The notes under the pieces: model-generated
The model's database searches: none
Seen by the model: the letters and a program-made list of their open reading frames with translations, nothing else
What the model was told of the DNA's origin: nothing
Program-made: the position numbers and the translations under genes
Shown here: positions 60,996-64,000 of the stretch, one piece after another
Layout: every line of letters starts with the position of its first letter
Numbering within the stretch: position 1 is the first letter of the stretch
Assembly (NCBI GenBank): GCA_030834985.1
Contig: JAUQWV010000007.1
Coordinates: forward strand, 4,321 to 68,320
Direction of reading: 5' to 3'
Source: Candidatus Dojkabacteria bacterium
Lineage (GTDB): Bacteria; Patescibacteriota; Dojkabacteria; J137
Length of the DNA: 64,000 nucleotides

Positions 60996-63900
60996 ATGAA
61001 ACTTGGCGCGAACTTAAGATACATAAAAAAGCAAATATCAAAGAAATTTTTAAAGTTCGCACGTCCACTGCTTATTGTTCTAACTTTAGTTGGAATGATT
61101 TCTGCAGTTGCATTCACTAACTTTAGTCAAGAAACTCAAACAAGTGCAGATTCATGGAATACTCCAAGCAGTATTGCAGGGTATGTAGGTGCAAACGGTG
61201 TACACTTGGTTAAAACCATTCCAGATGGCAGAGCATTCGCATTCTATAATTTGTGGGATGATCCGCAAACTCGGGTTGCAGTGCACCCCAATAATACTGA
61301 TTACTCCTTGCACAGTGATTTTTATTTAGATACATACGGCTGGGTTGAGAATCATTATGACAGTGTAGATGTAAATAATGATGGCGACATTGTAATAGCA
61401 GACTACGATGCTGGCGATCTTCTAGTTTACGATGTCTACTACGATGGTGACACTGCTTCATTAGATGGTATTGATTACTATCCTATTCCTGAAGATCCTG
61501 AAGGAAGCGGTCAAGTATTTGCAAGATATGATGATTCTAATGACAATATATATGTAATTACAAACTCACAATTAGTAGTCTATAACTCAGGTGATTATGC
61601 AAATCCAGATGTATATGCACTAGACAGTATAGGTACTGTCTCAGCAGAGGTAGATGAGGCTAATGATTATCTATATATTACAGCAGATGATTACTTTTAT
61701 AGATATGATACGGGTGCATTCCCATCTTTTCAAATGAAAGATCTTTTAAATGATAATAGTGGACTACACGATTACTTACAGATTTCTCCTGATGGAGAGA
61801 GAGTTTTTATTCATAGCAATAATGCTTCGAAAGTTTATGAATACGACGTTACAACTTGGAACCCAATTATAGTACAAGAGTATGATTTATCTGGTTGGGA
61901 AAGCCGTTTTAAAGTTAATGATGATTTCTTATATTCATACAGCTGGTCAAAGGTTGCTAGGTGGAGCAGATCGGACCCTGAAGATATTTTAGATTCTGGT
62001 GATGTTGAGAATGTAGCAATAAGAAATATAGATTTGGTAGGAGATGATGTGCTTGCGCTTAGCTTTTGGTACCGCGAACTTTATCTTTATGATTTAGAAG
62101 TTGAACCTGAAGGCGACTTAGGTGAAGAAGATTGCGATCCTCCTTACGTATGGAACGATCCAAAATGCGAAAGATATGTATATAGTTCATCACTTCATAT
62201 CAACACAGATGAAGGTGAAGATGTATCTATCGCTTCTACATACAATAAGCAAGATAATTTTTATGCTGTTCTTAATTGGAATGAAGGAGATTATCCAGCA
62301 GGATCGATTAATGTTAATGGTGATATTTACGAACTTAACTACGATACTAATGACTATATGCTCTCATCATACATGGTTCCAGCTCCGGGCGGGGTATTTA
62401 TTTCTTTAGTTGGTTTGGAAGACAATGCGCAGGTAATGTATTTTGAGTATCCTAGTGGAAATATTAGTTTATATCCGATGCCATTTGGAGCATCTGTAGG
62501 TTTAAGTATAAATGATGATGGGGACCTTCTTATATGGGAAGAGTATGGTTATGATTATGCGGTGGCGCCTAATGATGGTGGCTTTCCAGATTTTGATAAT
62601 TTATTTACTTCTAGTGCTGCAGGATCTTTATCTACAAATGGAGGATTTATAGTCAATGGTGGTGATGTTATTTTTCAAATGAATAGTGGTGATGTTATAT
62701 ATGCAATTTCTGCGGCATCTGGCTATACAGAAGAAGACTTTATAGATCTATCGGGTGTTTTAGGTAGTATAAAAATAGCAGTTAAAAGTAAACCAGGCGG
62801 TTATGATTTATATGTAGCAGGCTATACAAGTGATCCTACTGAATTACATATAAAACCATATACTGGTTGTGAGCTAGGTGCTCCATTTTCATCATGTACA
62901 GAAGAGAACCCTATAGTTATGCCTTATGGGGCGCCAATTTATGGTATAAGCAGCTTGCTAATAGATGAAGATGATAATATATTTTTTGCTGGTAGCAATA
63001 TTGGTGAAATAGGAAGAGTTTTACAGTCTAACAAAGCAGTAGAATTTTTTAGCTTAACTGATCTTGATGATTCAATAATAAGTTACGACTTAGACAATAA
63101 CCAAAATCTGTACATAACTTCTTTTAACTATATTTACGAGTTACATCAATACGATTTGTTATTTGAAAGCGATGGAGGCGGTGACCCCGGAGGTACAGAA
63201 CTTTCAGAAACTCATATTATTGGAATGTCGTGGTCGAGTAATCCTAGCCCAGATGGTGCTCCTGCATTAATAGCTGGAGAAGAGTTACTTATAGATGTAG
63301 AAGTTTATGACCCAATAAACCCTGGCAGTATTCCAACAGGGTATGTTGCACTTAGAATGGATGATGTATTAACTGTACTGGATATTCTGGAGTTAGATGA
63401 AAATGGAATGGTTACCTTTTCTATACGGCCTAACCCTGGTTTTCACTTTGTTCATGCATACTATTTAGGTGATGATACTTACGATACAAGTCAGTCTGTA
63501 AACCACACACTCAGAGTTTATTCTATTGCAACCTTTACAACTTTAGAAACAAGCCAAAACCCGGTAGTGAAAGGAGATAGCTTTACACTAACAGCTCATG
63601 TTGAACTACCAAACTATACTATACCGGACGATTCACCAGTAGAATTCTCGGGTTATGTAAGATTTGCTGTAGGTACAATTGATCTAGGGTGGGCAGTGGT
63701 TGATTTAAATGGTGACGTTTCTATTACTGTTAATACTTCAGATAATCCAGTAAGTAATTTAAATCTTAATGAAGGCGTACATCATATTCGTGCTCACTAC
63801 TTACCGTTCTGGGATGGATTTAATCCTTGGCTAAGAGTCAGCAGCTCTGAAACGTTGTTTCAATCTGTTGTAGAAAGCGGCGAAGGCGGTGAATCTTCAG

Positions 63901-64000
63901 AAGGTAGCGATATTCCGCCTGAAGGCGGAGAAGGTGGAGCCAGCGACTTCGCTGCATCCATAAAAGGTCGTGACAAAGTCACAGGTTCTATTAGTGAAAC
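60996..64000 (+). CDS. Large secreted adhesin-like protein (beta-propeller-like repeats and Big_3-like Ig domains); 3' end outside the window
   Basis: ATG at 60996, signal peptide MKLGANLRYIKK..LLIVLTLVGMISAVA; acidic Asp/Tyr-rich repeats; Ig-like SNPS..PTGYV..AYYLGDDTY and TSQNPV..SGYVRF..HIRAHY; no in-frame stop seen. Confidence 0.85.
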   Translation, partial: MKLGANLRYIKKQISKKFLKFARPLLIVLTLVGMISAVAFTNFSQETQTSADSWNTPSSIAGYVGANGVHLVKTIPDGRAFAFYNLWDDPQTRVAVHPNNTDYSLHSDFYLDTYGWVENHYDSVDVNNDGDIVIADYDAGDLLVYDVYYDGDTASLDGIDYYPIPEDPEGSGQVFARYDDSNDNIYVITNSQLVVYNSGDYANPDVYALDSIGTVSAEVDEANDYLYITADDYFYRYDTGAFPSFQMKDLLNDNSGLHDYLQISPDGERVFIHSNNASKVYEYDVTTWNPIIVQEYDLSGWESRFKVNDDFLYSYSWSKVARWSRSDPEDILDSGDVENVAIRNIDLVGDDVLALSFWYRELYLYDLEVEPEGDLGEEDCDPPYVWNDPKCERYVYSSSLHINTDEGEDVSIASTYNKQDNFYAVLNWNEGDYPAGSINVNGDIYELNYDTNDYMLSSYMVPAPGGVFISLVGLEDNAQVMYFEYPSGNISLYPMPFGASVGLSINDDGDLLIWEEYGYDYAVAPNDGGFPDFDNLFTSSAAGSLSTNGGFIVNGGDVIFQMNSGDVIYAISAASGYTEEDFIDLSGVLGSIKIAVKSKPGGYDLYVAGYTSDPTELHIKPYTGCELGAPFSSCTEENPIVMPYGAPIYGISSLLIDEDDNIFFAGSNIGEIGRVLQSNKAVEFFSLTDLDDSIISYDLDNNQNLYITSFNYIYELHQYDLLFESDGGGDPGGTELSETHIIGMSWSSNPSPDGAPALIAGEELLIDVEVYDPINPGSIPTGYVALRMDDVLTVLDILELDENGMVTFSIRPNPGFHFVHAYYLGDDTYDTSQSVNHTLRVYSIATFTTLETSQNPVVKGDSFTLTAHVELPNYTIPDDSPVEFSGYVRFAVGTIDLGWAVVDLNGDVSITVNTSDNPVSNLNLNEGVHHIRAHYLPFWDGFNPWLRVSSSETLFQSVVESGEGGESSEGSDIPPEGGEGGASDFAASIKGRDKVTGSISE

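Noticed and set aside
61210-62409. Short ORFs 61210-61461(-) and 62122-62409(+)
   Set aside because: They lie inside the long frame that starts at 60996.
1-64000. Alternative genetic code (UGA read as Gly or Trp)
   Set aside because: Conserved genes translate full length with the standard code, Trp is TGG, and TGA ends several genes.

Overview
AT-rich, gene-dense bacterial chromosome segment read with the standard genetic code. Gene content suggests a CPR/Patescibacteria genome, possibly Dojkabacteria-like (inference): short PheT and ThrS, a PrgI-family protein, a lamin-tail-domain protein, Gmad2 proteins, many orphans and almost no Shine-Dalgarno sites. Housekeeping genes include pheT, recO, typA, leuS, thrS, proS, rplU-rpmA, dus, rdgB, dcd, two lepB, and separated sufC and sufB. 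The window also has RNase P RNA, tRNA-Pro(CGG), tRNA-Leu(GAG), tRNA-Asp(GTC), an OmpR/BaeS-type two-component system, a CsoR-CopA copper operon, several surface proteins, and a large adhesin-like ORF running off the right edge that the ORF track misses. I saw no CRISPR array, transposase or integrase. Most notable: (1) four dispersed, GC-rich, self-contained mini-genes with promoter, strong SD, orphan ORF and GC hairpin, in a genome that otherwise looks leaderless or SD-less; (2) an unannotated Thr-rich leader peptide (MIKRSFIFTNTTTTTP) ahead of thrS; (3) an RNase P RNA with a minimal 3' part and a large insertion; (4) three 71-74 nt intergenic stem-loops; (5) a pair of Cys-rich surface proteins with LPxTA-like sorting motifs; (6) several orphans that look like degenerate enzymes.
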